Shown: in pieces, positions 1-9,118 of the stretch | Layout of the letters: each line of letters begins with the position of its first letter | Position numbering within the stretch: the stretch's first letter is position 1 | Assembly (NCBI GenBank): GCA_964455565.1 | Contig: CAYVWT010000001.1 | Location: 1 to 63,492 of the forward strand | Source of the DNA: an uncultured Clostridiaceae bacterium | GTDB taxonomy: Bacteria; Bacillota; Clostridia; Monoglobales; Firm-18 | Direction: 5' to 3' | Length of the DNA: 63,492 nucleotides | Notes under the pieces: generated by a model | What the model was told of the DNA's origin: nothing | What the model saw: the letters and a program-made list of their open reading frames with translations, nothing else | Databases searched by the model: none | Program-made: the position numbers and the translations under genes

Positions 1-1
1 T

Positions 2-538
2 GTGAGGTCACTACCCGAAAAGCCGATTATAATTTCATTTGATGATAGATATTTAAGCAACTATGAATATGGCTATAAAATGCTCAAAAGCCTTGGAATG
101 AAGGCGACAATATTCGTAATCACAAGCACAGTAGGGGCAACAGAAAATGTAACCTACCCTCATTTTAATTGGGAGCAAGCAAAAGAAATGGAAAAGAGTG
201 GAGCTATCGACATACAGTCGCACTCACACTCACATAGGGAAATGGGAAATTTGGACGCAGTATCTATCCAAAGGGAATTGCGCCTTTCAAAATATCTAAT
301 AGAAAAAAACCTCAATAAAGAGGTTAGTGTTTTCGCATATCCGTTTGGTTCATTTGGGGCGTTAACCCAAAGCTTAGCAGCCTTTGCAGGGTATAAGATA
401 CAATGCAAGGTTGGAGATTTAGGCTATAACACAAAAACCTCGCCACAAAACGAGCTAAAACGAATAACAGTTTCTGGCACTACAACCGACCACGGTTTAA
501 TTGACCAAATAAATTCAAATTTAGAATTACCTAATTAA
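2..538 (+). CDS. polysaccharide deacetylase (NodB-homology) family protein, 5' end cut by window edge
   Basis: ORF open to the window start. IISFDDRY and HSHSH motifs are typical of NodB/PdaA-type deacetylases. Confidence 0.75.
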   Translation: MRSLPEKPIIISFDDRYLSNYEYGYKMLKSLGMKATIFVITSTVGATENVTYPHFNWEQAKEMEKSGAIDIQSHSHSHREMGNLDAVSIQRELRLSKYLIEKNLNKEVSVFAYPFGSFGALTQSLAAFAGYKIQCKVGDLGYNTKTSPQNELKRITVSGTTTDHGLIDQINSNLELPN

Positions 539-1842
539 ATTTTTCCATAATCTAATATGATGTCCTCCAGCGATTCGCCACTTTTAAGGCGAGTTGCTGT
601 CATTTTTGCAGGGCAAATTAAAGTGTCAGCACGTTCATATAATGGCGTTAAGAATTTTTGTTCCATACGCCCACGCTTTCTAAGTCCGTCTGCGGCAAGG
701 TCAACTATTTCAAGTAGCAGCATAGAAAGGTGTGTGTTATCTACGCCATTAATTTCTTTATTATAGATAACTTTATCTCTTAGAGTGGAATTTTTACTCT
801 TAATCTCAGTTTGCTTTAAAAAACTTTTTAAAACAGCCTCTGCCTTTTCTAAATTATGAGCTATGCCAAGCGAAAACGCAGGTGGCGCAAATGCCGAATT
901 TAGTGGCTGAGTGCAATCACTACGAACCTCTAAGGTTCCCATTTTTGTTATTTCGACTGTTCTAAAAGACAAAAAGGTTTCTATATCTTCCTCTATCGCA
1001 CCATATTTTTCGTTTGTAAAATACTCACTAAGCGAAACAGGCTCGAAAATTTTATATTCACCATCACGAATTACGTTAAAAATACTTCTATCTAAAAAGC
1101 TTTTTGCAATATCATCTAAGGTTTTATACTCCTCATCCACCTTGCCTATGTTCTTTGCACATAGACCAAAACCACTTTTTTCCCATAAATAATCACGAAA
1201 GCAAATTGTGTTTGTGTTATCAAAGGCAGGTGAATTTGAAAATAACAAGGCACGAACAAAATCAAGCCTTGCAAGCAGAGTTGCAGCCCGTGGTAAATCC
1301 TTAGGGGAAATGTCAAGGTGTGTTTGCACGGATGATAAATATGCTGGGAAATCTGGATATTTATGAAATTTACCCCCAGAATATTTGTGCAGAAAGCTGC
1401 CGACCATATTATAAGTGGAATAATTTATATTACTTTGCGTAATATGCTCTTTATATGGGTTTATACCCATTCCGGTTATAAAATAATTATGCCTGCTAAG
1501 GTGTTTTTGTGCACCTTCAAAATATTTATAAAAACGGTCTGCAATTGCGCAAAGGTCGTCCCCATAGTTCATTGCAAACTCTATATTATTATACGAATTA
1601 TCGAAGGATATGGCATCACCAAATTGGTTCCCAATAAATGCAGGCTTACCATCATTCGTTTTTTCTAATACCTCGAAGTTATGCTTTAAGAAATACTTTA
1701 ATAAGCCTATTGCGATTTTTTCATCAACTGGTTTTTTGCCCATATTAAGCATAGGAAATTCGAGCTCCACGCCAACATTACCTGTTTTTTTATTCAAAAG
1801 TGGTGTAATAAACCTATTTTCGATTATACTTTGTATATTCAC
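535..1842 (-). CDS. glutamate-cysteine ligase family (GCS2-like carboxylate-amine ligase) protein
   Basis: 435 aa. VGVELEFP near the N-terminus and TLEVRSDC later resemble the GCL/GCS2 fold. GTG start overlaps the feoB stop (GTGA). Confidence 0.5.
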   Translation of the reverse strand: MNIQSIIENRFITPLLNKKTGNVGVELEFPMLNMGKKPVDEKIAIGLLKYFLKHNFEVLEKTNDGKPAFIGNQFGDAISFDNSYNNIEFAMNYGDDLCAIADRFYKYFEGAQKHLSRHNYFITGMGINPYKEHITQSNINYSTYNMVGSFLHKYSGGKFHKYPDFPAYLSSVQTHLDISPKDLPRAATLLARLDFVRALLFSNSPAFDNTNTICFRDYLWEKSGFGLCAKNIGKVDEEYKTLDDIAKSFLDRSIFNVIRDGEYKIFEPVSLSEYFTNEKYGAIEEDIETFLSFRTVEITKMGTLEVRSDCTQPLNSAFAPPAFSLGIAHNLEKAEAVLKSFLKQTEIKSKNSTLRDKVIYNKEINGVDNTHLSMLLLEIVDLAADGLRKRGRMEQKFLTPLYERADTLICPAKMTATRLKSGESLEDIILDYGKI

Positions 1843-3620
1843 AGTCCCACTACCTTCATCAAATTATATATAATAAACGCAAAAATCCAAGCCACTACAA
1901 GCTGATACCCTGCTGCAAAAACTGCCCACCCTGTTGATTTAAGCTCGCTTTTAACTGCAGCAATTGTTGCCACACACGGTATGTAAAGCAAAGAAAACAC
2001 CATAAATGACATCGCCGAGGCTGTATTAAAAATATCAGCAAGGCTCCCACCTATTATGCTAAGGGTTGCAACAACTATTTCTTTTCCTGCAATTCCTGTA
2101 AGCACAGCAACAGACGCACGCCAATCACCAAAGCCAAGAGGCGCAAATATTGGTGATATAAACCTACCTACAACACTAATTATACTATCTGTAGGTGTTG
2201 CTGTGCTAAACGTAAATGTGAATGCTTGGCAAAACCATACCACAACCGATGCTACTAAAATAATTGTTCCTGCACGTTCTACAAAATCCCAAACCCTATC
2301 CCAAACGTGAAGCAATGTATTTTTTAAAGTTGGCATACGATATGGTGGTATTTCAAGCAAAAATTCTGTTCTTTCGCCACGTACAACCGTACGTGATAAA
2401 ATCCACCCAGAAACAATAGCAACCACCATACCAAGAATATACATTCCAAATATTATTATTTGCTGATATGCAGCGAAAAATGTGCCTGCAAAAAGAACAT
2501 AAATAGGCAAACGTGCACTACAAGACATAAACGGCGCAATTAGTATTGTCAGCTTTCGTTCCCTTTGGCTGTCTAACGTTCTCGTTGCCATAATTGCAGG
2601 CACACTACAACCAAAACCAATTACCATAGGTATGAATGCCTTGCCACCAAGCCCAAATGGTCGCATTGCCCTATCTAATATAAATGCCGCACGAACCATA
2701 TACCCACTATCTTCAAGTATTGCGAGCAAGAAAAACAATATTACAATTTGTGGTAAAAATGCAAGTATTCCACCAATTCCCTTTATTATACCATCGGATA
2801 CAAGATGCACAAGCCAGCTTGGTGCATTAAATGAGTTAAGCGCAAAGTGGAAAGCATTTGTTATAAACCCACTAAAAAAGCCTCGCACTATATCCGAAAG
2901 AAACAACGACCCTTTGCCAAAGGTTATTGCGAAAACGCTAAACATAATGATTAAAAATATTGGAATTGCAAGATATTTATTAAGCAATATTTTGTCTATA
3001 TTATCGCTTATTGTTGGCTTGCCTGTATTTTTTTTCTTATAGGCATCACGAGTTGCCTCGTTTGCAAGGTTATACCTATGCGCCGATGTATGGCAGGGCT
3101 TTTTGCAGTTTGAACAGCATGTAGGCAAATTACCAACAGCAACAGCTTTTATAGTAGCCTCTATTAAGTTGTCAAGGTTATCTCCCTTGCTTGCACTAAT
3201 TGGAATAAAAGGTATTCCAAGCCGTTTTTCAAGCTTTGCAACATCAATTTCCTCGCCATTTTTTTCAACAACGTCCATCATATTAAGCGCAACAACAACA
3301 GGTATGTCAAGTTCTAAAAGCTGTGTTGTTAGGAAAAGGTTTCTTTCCAAATTTGTTGCATCAACCACATTTATTACTGCATTTGGCTCACCACTTTTTA
3401 TATAATCACGAGCAATTTTCTGCTCTGGTGATGATGGCCTTAGCGAATATGTACCCGGAAGGTCGATAATAGTTATTTTAGTATTTTTTATTACTCCCTC
3501 TTTTTTCTCGACAGTAACACCAGGCCAGTTTCCAACATACTGCCTGCTACCTGTTAGTTCGTTAAAAACTGTGCTTTTCCCAGAATTGGGGTTTCCAACT
3601 AATGCAAATGTATATTCCAT
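1839..3620 (-). CDS. feoB: ferrous iron transporter FeoB
   Basis: G-domain GNPNSGKST/DLPG/NMMD plus a polytopic membrane domain. ATG at 3620 overlaps the feoA stop (TAATG). The longer track ORF extension is unlikely. Confidence 0.95.
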   Translation of the reverse strand: MEYTFALVGNPNSGKSTVFNELTGSRQYVGNWPGVTVEKKEGVIKNTKITIIDLPGTYSLRPSSPEQKIARDYIKSGEPNAVINVVDATNLERNLFLTTQLLELDIPVVVALNMMDVVEKNGEEIDVAKLEKRLGIPFIPISASKGDNLDNLIEATIKAVAVGNLPTCCSNCKKPCHTSAHRYNLANEATRDAYKKKNTGKPTISDNIDKILLNKYLAIPIFLIIMFSVFAITFGKGSLFLSDIVRGFFSGFITNAFHFALNSFNAPSWLVHLVSDGIIKGIGGILAFLPQIVILFFLLAILEDSGYMVRAAFILDRAMRPFGLGGKAFIPMVIGFGCSVPAIMATRTLDSQRERKLTILIAPFMSCSARLPIYVLFAGTFFAAYQQIIIFGMYILGMVVAIVSGWILSRTVVRGERTEFLLEIPPYRMPTLKNTLLHVWDRVWDFVERAGTIILVASVVVWFCQAFTFTFSTATPTDSIISVVGRFISPIFAPLGFGDWRASVAVLTGIAGKEIVVATLSIIGGSLADIFNTASAMSFMVFSLLYIPCVATIAAVKSELKSTGWAVFAAGYQLVVAWIFAFIIYNLMKVVGL

Positions 3621-3841
3621 TACCTCACCTCTATCAAGGCTGAATCTGCCTTTCTTAGCGCAATCTGGCAACCTCGTACCTTTATTAAAATTGGGTCACC
3701 AAGTGGCGCAGCCCTTATAACTTCTACTTCACAACCGTCGGTAAGCCCAAAATCGGTTAATCGTTCATAAAGCCTTTTTTCAGCAGTTAGGTTTATTATT
3801 GTTGCTTTTTCACCAACCTTTAAATCAGCAATTGTTTTCAT
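3620..3841 (-). CDS. feoA: FeoA family iron transport protein
   Basis: 73-aa SH3-like FeoA sequence directly upstream of feoB. SD GAGGA lies 4 nt before the ATG. Confidence 0.9.
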   Translation of the reverse strand: MKTIADLKVGEKATIINLTAEKRLYERLTDFGLTDGCEVEVIRAAPLGDPILIKVRGCQIALRKADSALIEVR

Positions 3842-3842
3842 A

Positions 3843-5843
3843 TCATCCTCTATTCATATAATTGTATACCATAATTAAACTATCTGCATTTGTCAAAAAT
3901 CGTTTAGGGAAGAAATACCCTTCGCTACCTACAATCAGCTTTAAGCCCTTTGCAAGCGCAACATAGCCATATAATTCTGGCGACATTTCTCCCTCATCTA
4001 AAAATGCCATTTTAAATATACCTTGAAGCTCTGCTACATTTTTATACCCTACAGCACGAATAAAATATTTAACTGCCTGCTCCCGAGTAACCGAGCCATC
4101 AGGCGCAATTTCTCTTCTATCCATAACACCATTTGTAACAAGAGCATTATACAGCATATCAAGCTCTACATCTGTTAGGGCTCCAAATTTTTCATATATC
4201 GGCATACGTTTTGTAGAGATTGTTGCAAGAAGCCTTATGTAATCCTTTTGCTTTATATCGTCATCAAGCACAACATCTCCCACAGACACATATATATCAC
4301 AATCTGCAAGGGCGGTTACCTGCTTTTTTGAGTAATGCGTGTCTAAGCCAACATATGCAAGGCGCTGTTGTTTTTTTGCAGGTGCGCCGTCATAGGCTAA
4401 AATTTCGCCTGTTTTTGCATCAATTATGCCAGTAGACGAGGTGCTCGTTGTGTAAACAGGAACGATATTTACATCATCTATTTTCATAAATTTAAGCTCT
4501 AACCCTACGTTTTTAAAAAAGCTTTCATACGTTAGGGCTTTTGATAAAGCTTCCTCTGGCTTTGGAAATTCAACATTGTCCCACGCAAAGGATATTGAAA
4601 TTATATTCCCTGCCATATCAATAATAAAATGCATGCCATTGCTTTTATAAGGGATACCACCTACCTGCCTTTCATACAGAGCAACAAACGAACCATTAAT
4701 CTTTGCTATTTGTGGTGTGGAAAAATCAGCATAATAGCTTTGCAAATATTTCTTTACGTATGCTTCTGCTATATTTTTCGCCTCTGCTTCTGTTATATAG
4801 GTTGTAGCAGCTGGTGTTTTTGACCTTAAAAAAGCTTTAAGCTCCTTTGTTTTTGCATCAAGTATAACCTCTATAAAATCCTCGTCACTCTTTGCAAATT
4901 TAAGTGTTATTAAATACTGTCCATCAGTATTTTTATAATACAAGGCTTGCAAAATTTTATAAGAATCATCTATTTTCAGCTCTGGAATGTCACGAGCAAA
5001 CAGCTGTGCCTCGCCTCCGGACATAAGCCCAGAAACCTCTGCGCTTCCACTTGCCATTGCACCAGATTTTTGATACATTTCCTGTATATCAAAATATCCA
5101 TCTGCGCCTATGTATTTTTTCGTTTCTAATGCGCCCCCTGTTACTGCATCAATAGCACCACTTTTTGCAGCAGTATAAACAAGGTATGGTATAACCTTTT
5201 CATTTATTATTTTTTTATTATAGCGAAGCTCAATGCCTATATTTTCTATAAACTTTTGCTCGGCCAACTTATCATCAATAACATTTTTTGCAGAAGCAAA
5301 TTGTGCATTCATATTAAAGTTACGGTTATAACGAGTCACCTTGCCTGTTTGGGCATCAACCCACACGAAAACAATATCACCATCATAATTTATGCTGTCC
5401 ACTCGCCTTACAAACCTTACATTATAGCCAGACGGATTACCACTATCGTAAATAGTCGAAGGAGTTGCTGTGTCAAGCTGACCAATTATATCATTAGCAA
5501 CCAAAACAACAAAAGCTGCCGCTGTTTGAGATGCCTCTATTTTGCTAATTTTAGGCAAATGCTTTGCATTATTAATTTTACTCTGCGAAGCGTTTGAAAA
5601 GCTAATAATAGTACCGTTTTCATTAGTAGTTATGTTTACTGGCGTCTTGTTTTCACCACTCCACGAAAACGACCACATTATTTTTCCATTAACCATAGTG
5701 CTACTATTTTTAAATGTATCTAATCCATTCTCTATTTCTATTTTAGCCTTAATGGAGTCGATAATACTCTGAGGTGCATTATCCGTAGCAAATACGCATA
5801 GTGGTAACCAAAGAAACATTAAAATTATAATTAATCTTTTCAT
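3843..5843 (-). CDS. exported repeat protein with C-terminal SLH-like repeats
   Basis: Signal peptide MKRLIIILMFLWLPLCVFA. The C-terminal 150 aa has SLH-like F.D...Y.A.AKGL.I..G...F.P motifs. Paralog of 26124-27677. Confidence 0.6.
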   Translation of the reverse strand: MKRLIIILMFLWLPLCVFATDNAPQSIIDSIKAKIEIENGLDTFKNSSTMVNGKIMWSFSWSGENKTPVNITTNENGTIISFSNASQSKINNAKHLPKISKIEASQTAAAFVVLVANDIIGQLDTATPSTIYDSGNPSGYNVRFVRRVDSINYDGDIVFVWVDAQTGKVTRYNRNFNMNAQFASAKNVIDDKLAEQKFIENIGIELRYNKKIINEKVIPYLVYTAAKSGAIDAVTGGALETKKYIGADGYFDIQEMYQKSGAMASGSAEVSGLMSGGEAQLFARDIPELKIDDSYKILQALYYKNTDGQYLITLKFAKSDEDFIEVILDAKTKELKAFLRSKTPAATTYITEAEAKNIAEAYVKKYLQSYYADFSTPQIAKINGSFVALYERQVGGIPYKSNGMHFIIDMAGNIISISFAWDNVEFPKPEEALSKALTYESFFKNVGLELKFMKIDDVNIVPVYTTSTSSTGIIDAKTGEILAYDGAPAKKQQRLAYVGLDTHYSKKQVTALADCDIYVSVGDVVLDDDIKQKDYIRLLATISTKRMPIYEKFGALTDVELDMLYNALVTNGVMDRREIAPDGSVTREQAVKYFIRAVGYKNVAELQGIFKMAFLDEGEMSPELYGYVALAKGLKLIVGSEGYFFPKRFLTNADSLIMVYNYMNRG

Positions 5844-5873
5844 AGCGTATCACCCCTTTATAAGTATATAGTA

Positions 5874-6716
5874 TTATATTTTCTTCAAAAATACAAGTAC
5901 AACAAAATAAACCGCCGCACAATATAGTGCAATAGTTGCCCCTCCTGATGTGTTTAGGTAGTATGCTGTAAACAGCCCAACCACGCCACAAACAAGCGAT
6001 ATTGCAACAGAAATAATCGTGTACTGACGCATATTTTGCGACAGCATTCGAGAGGCAGCCGCAGGCAGTATAAATAATGAATTTATTATTAAAAGTCCAA
6101 CCCACTTTATAGAAAGCGTTACAACAAGCGCAATTAGTGTGGTGAAAACCATATCGGTAAACCTTGTACTTATGCCTCTGCTTATAGCAAAGGTTGGGTT
6201 TGCGCTAACTATTAAAAGGGTGTTAAACATCATTGACCACGCTAAAATAACAACAATTAAAAGACCAAAAAGCATTATAATTTCCGAACCAGTTATGCTT
6301 AAAAGGTCTCCAATTAGCAAATTAGAATATTTGTTAAAGCCCCCACCAGATAGCATAACAATTCCAAGCGCAACAGCAGTTGACGAAAACACACCAATCG
6401 TTGTATCCATTGCTGATTTTTGATTGTGCTTTATTAAAACTATTCCTATGGCAAAAATTACTGCAAAAAGCACCATAGATATATCGGTATTCCTCATTCC
6501 AAAAAGCACTCCAATACCAACGCCTGTTAGTGCGCTGTGTCCCAATGCGTCAGAGAAAAATGACATTTTATTATTGACTATCATTGTGCCAAGTAGCCCT
6601 AAAATCGGCGTAACAAGGAGTACAGCAAGCAGGGCATTTTTCATAAATATGTAGCTCGTCCACTCGAATGGCAAAAGGTCAAGCAAGCTATACCAAGCAT
6701 TTAAAGCACTTATCAT
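5874..6716 (-). CDS. metal (Zn/Mn/Fe) ABC transporter permease, ABC-3 family
   Basis: 280 aa, polytopic, ZnuB/MntB/TroC-like. Overlaps the upstream ATPase gene by 4 nt. Confidence 0.9.
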   Translation of the reverse strand: MISALNAWYSLLDLLPFEWTSYIFMKNALLAVLLVTPILGLLGTMIVNNKMSFFSDALGHSALTGVGIGVLFGMRNTDISMVLFAVIFAIGIVLIKHNQKSAMDTTIGVFSSTAVALGIVMLSGGGFNKYSNLLIGDLLSITGSEIIMLFGLLIVVILAWSMMFNTLLIVSANPTFAISRGISTRFTDMVFTTLIALVVTLSIKWVGLLIINSLFILPAAASRMLSQNMRQYTIISVAISLVCGVVGLFTAYYLNTSGGATIALYCAAVYFVVLVFLKKI

Positions 6717-7453
6717 ATAACCTCACCTGCCCCAAAAAGTTCTTTAAATCCCTTGCCACCAAACACTTGCTTTGGTGTGCCATTTGCAATTATTTTTTTG
6801 TCAATTAGCACCACTCTATCGGCATAATTTAATACCTGTGAAAAATTATGAGAAATTATAATTATTGTTAAATCATAGTTTTTACGAAGGTCGGAAAGGA
6901 TTTTCCAAAAAAGCTCTATTCCGTTTTTGTCCACACCTGAAACTGGCTCATCAAGAAGGAGTAAATTCGGAACAGGCATAAGCGCAAGCCCTAAAAATAC
7001 ACGCTGAAGCTCGCCCCCTGAAAGCTGAGATAATTTACGGTCAATTATATTTTCCGCATTAACTTTTTTAAGTGAAGCGATTATTTCCTTGCGCTTGTCC
7101 CTTGAATGTACAAAACAAACAGGAGCAGATTTTAAACAGGATATAAACAAATCAGAAACACTAATTGGGGAATCACCATCAAAGGATAAATGCTGTGGAA
7201 CATAGCCAATTACTGGCCTTTTGTTGCCAGTTTCACCAACAAATTCAAGGCTTCCGCTATATTTACGCTCACCAATTATAGATTTTAGCAAGGTGCTTTT
7301 ACCTGCACCATTCGGTCCTATTATCGCTGTTAACTCTCCACAGTGTAGGTGTAAATTTATATTTTCTAATATGCTTGTGTCCCCATCTGTAATTGTTAAA
7401 TTTTCAATTTTTGTACAGCATAGCCTGCCACATTGTTTTTCGCATTTATTCAT
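6713..7453 (-). CDS. metal ABC transporter ATP-binding protein
   Basis: Walker A GPNGAGKST, signature LSGGELQR, Walker B LLLLDEP. Confidence 0.92.
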   Translation of the reverse strand: MNKCEKQCGRLCCTKIENLTITDGDTSILENINLHLHCGELTAIIGPNGAGKSTLLKSIIGERKYSGSLEFVGETGNKRPVIGYVPQHLSFDGDSPISVSDLFISCLKSAPVCFVHSRDKRKEIIASLKKVNAENIIDRKLSQLSGGELQRVFLGLALMPVPNLLLLDEPVSGVDKNGIELFWKILSDLRKNYDLTIIIISHNFSQVLNYADRVVLIDKKIIANGTPKQVFGGKGFKELFGAGEVI

Positions 7454-8325
7454 AGTACATCACCCAACGCCTCAATTAGTGTTAATAAATTTTTTTCCAT
7501 TGTTTTTATATATTCATCTGCATTTGCACTATTAGCACCAGTTACAACTGGGTCAAGCATATAAAGCCTTGCACCAGTTTCGTTTGCAATAACTTTCGCT
7601 GCTGCTGATGGATACTGTGGTTCGGTGAATAGAGCCCTTGCGTTCGAATGCCTAATTATGTCAACCGTTTCTTTTAGCTGAGATGCTGTTGGCTCATCTC
7701 CTGGCTCACGCTCAATTACAGCCTTTATGTTAAGCCCATACGCCTGCGCATAGTACGGAAATGCCTCATGAAAGGTTATTATGTCCTTGTTTGGCAGCTT
7801 CTCAACCTCTTTTATGGTCTTGCTATCCAAAGCAATTAATTTTTCTATGTAACTTTTTGAATTTAGAGCATATTTATCTAAATTCGGCTTATCAATTTTG
7901 CTAAGCTCTTCATTTAAATTTTTCACCATTTGCACAGCGTTTTTAGGCGCTAACCAAATATGAGGGTTGCCCTCTATTGCATTTATATTTTTAGATAAAT
8001 CAATAATTTTAAGGTTTGGAAGCCCCAAGGCTACCTTTTGCAAAAAGCTTTCCATTCCAAGCCCATTTATCACAAAAACATCTGCCGTCTCAAGCGTTTT
8101 CATATCCTCTGGAAGCAGGGTATAATCGTGCAAGCACCCAGTTTGTGGCTTCGTCATATTTTGTATTGTAACGCCATCAACATCCCCCACAACAGCCTTT
8201 GCAAGCAGCATTATTGGGTAAAACGATGTTACTATTTTTAGCTTAGAGCTACTAACCTTTTTTGCTGGAACACAGCCAGAAAACATTAAAGCCAAAATCA
8301 TTATTATTAATGTAATTTTGCGCAT
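7450..8325 (-). CDS. metal ABC transporter substrate-binding lipoprotein (TroA/ZnuA family)
   Basis: Lipobox MFSGC. TroA-like cluster-9 SBP sequence. First gene of the cluster. Confidence 0.9.
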   Translation of the reverse strand: MRKITLIIMILALMFSGCVPAKKVSSSKLKIVTSFYPIMLLAKAVVGDVDGVTIQNMTKPQTGCLHDYTLLPEDMKTLETADVFVINGLGMESFLQKVALGLPNLKIIDLSKNINAIEGNPHIWLAPKNAVQMVKNLNEELSKIDKPNLDKYALNSKSYIEKLIALDSKTIKEVEKLPNKDIITFHEAFPYYAQAYGLNIKAVIEREPGDEPTASQLKETVDIIRHSNARALFTEPQYPSAAAKVIANETGARLYMLDPVVTGANSANADEYIKTMEKNLLTLIEALGDVL

Positions 8326-8344
8326 TTTTTCCCCTATAAATAGA

Positions 8345-8373
8345 ATTATATATCTTTTTCGTTAATAAATCAA
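8345..8373 (-). promoter_or_regulatory. sigma-A-type promoter for the metal-uptake cluster
   Basis: Minus strand: TTGATT (8373-8368), 17-nt spacer, TATAAT (8350-8345). Confidence 0.5.
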
Positions 8374-8380
8374 TAGTGCA

Positions 8381-8409
8381 TTGACAATACTGTATATTAG
8401 GTATAAAAT
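8381..8409 (+). promoter_or_regulatory. sigma-A-type promoter for the SdpI-family gene
   Basis: TTGACA (8381-8386), 17-nt spacer, TAAAAT (8404-8409). Confidence 0.5.
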
Positions 8410-8438
8410 TATCTCAAAATAACTAAGAGGTGATTGTT

Positions 8439-9059
8439 TTGAAAAAAGAAATTTCTGCATGGCTATTAATTCTTTTTACATTTGGTCTTAATTTGTGGCT
8501 ATACCCAAAATTACCAGCAATGGTGCCTACACATTGGAACTTTGCGGGAGTTATTGATGGTTACAGCCCTAAGCTTTTTGCTACGCTTTTAATGCCCTCT
8601 ATAATGATTATAATATACTTGCTTATAACTTTTTTGCCGAAATTTGACCCGAAAAGCAATAAATTTAAAAATTCAGAAAATGCATATTTTTATGTAAGGC
8701 TTGCTTTTGTAGTATTCTTCGCAATAATGAATGCAATAATGATGTATGCCTCCCTTGGATACCCTGTAAGAATGAACACAGTTATGCCTGCAATTATCGG
8801 TGTTTTATTTGTTGCAATCGGAATTTGGATGCCTAAAATAGAACAAAATTATTTTGCTGGTTTCCGTACACCTTGGGCGTTAGAAAATGAAATTGTGTGG
8901 GAGAAAACGCAAAAGGCTGGTGGAATTGCTTTTATAATTTGTGGGGTGTGCCTATTGCCTATTGCACTTTGGGGTAGCGCTTGGATGATAATCACCATAA
9001 TTTTTGCGGCAGTAGCTGTTCCCTATGTTTATTCATATTTGGAGTACAAAAAATTATAA
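8439..9059 (+). CDS. SdpI/YhfL family membrane protein (DUF1648 + SdpI domains)
   Basis: YPKLPAMVPTHWNFAG (DUF1648-like) and GFRTPWAL (SdpI-like). TTG at 8439 lies 8 nt after AAGAGG. The track GTG at 8430 overlaps the SD. Confidence 0.7.
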   Translation: MKKEISAWLLILFTFGLNLWLYPKLPAMVPTHWNFAGVIDGYSPKLFATLLMPSIMIIIYLLITFLPKFDPKSNKFKNSENAYFYVRLAFVVFFAIMNAIMMYASLGYPVRMNTVMPAIIGVLFVAIGIWMPKIEQNYFAGFRTPWALENEIVWEKTQKAGGIAFIICGVCLLPIALWGSAWMIITIIFAAVAVPYVYSYLEYKKL

Positions 9060-9071
9060 TAGTTTACACAT

Positions 9072-9108
9072 AAAAATGCCATTCCAAAAAGGAATGGCAT
9101 TTTTATAT
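9072..9108. terminator. bidirectional intrinsic terminator (SdpI-family gene / ppdK)
   Basis: AAAAATGCCATTCC-AAAAA-GGAATGGCATTTTT, with A/T runs on both sides. Confidence 0.75.
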
Positions 9109-9118
9109 TAATTACACT

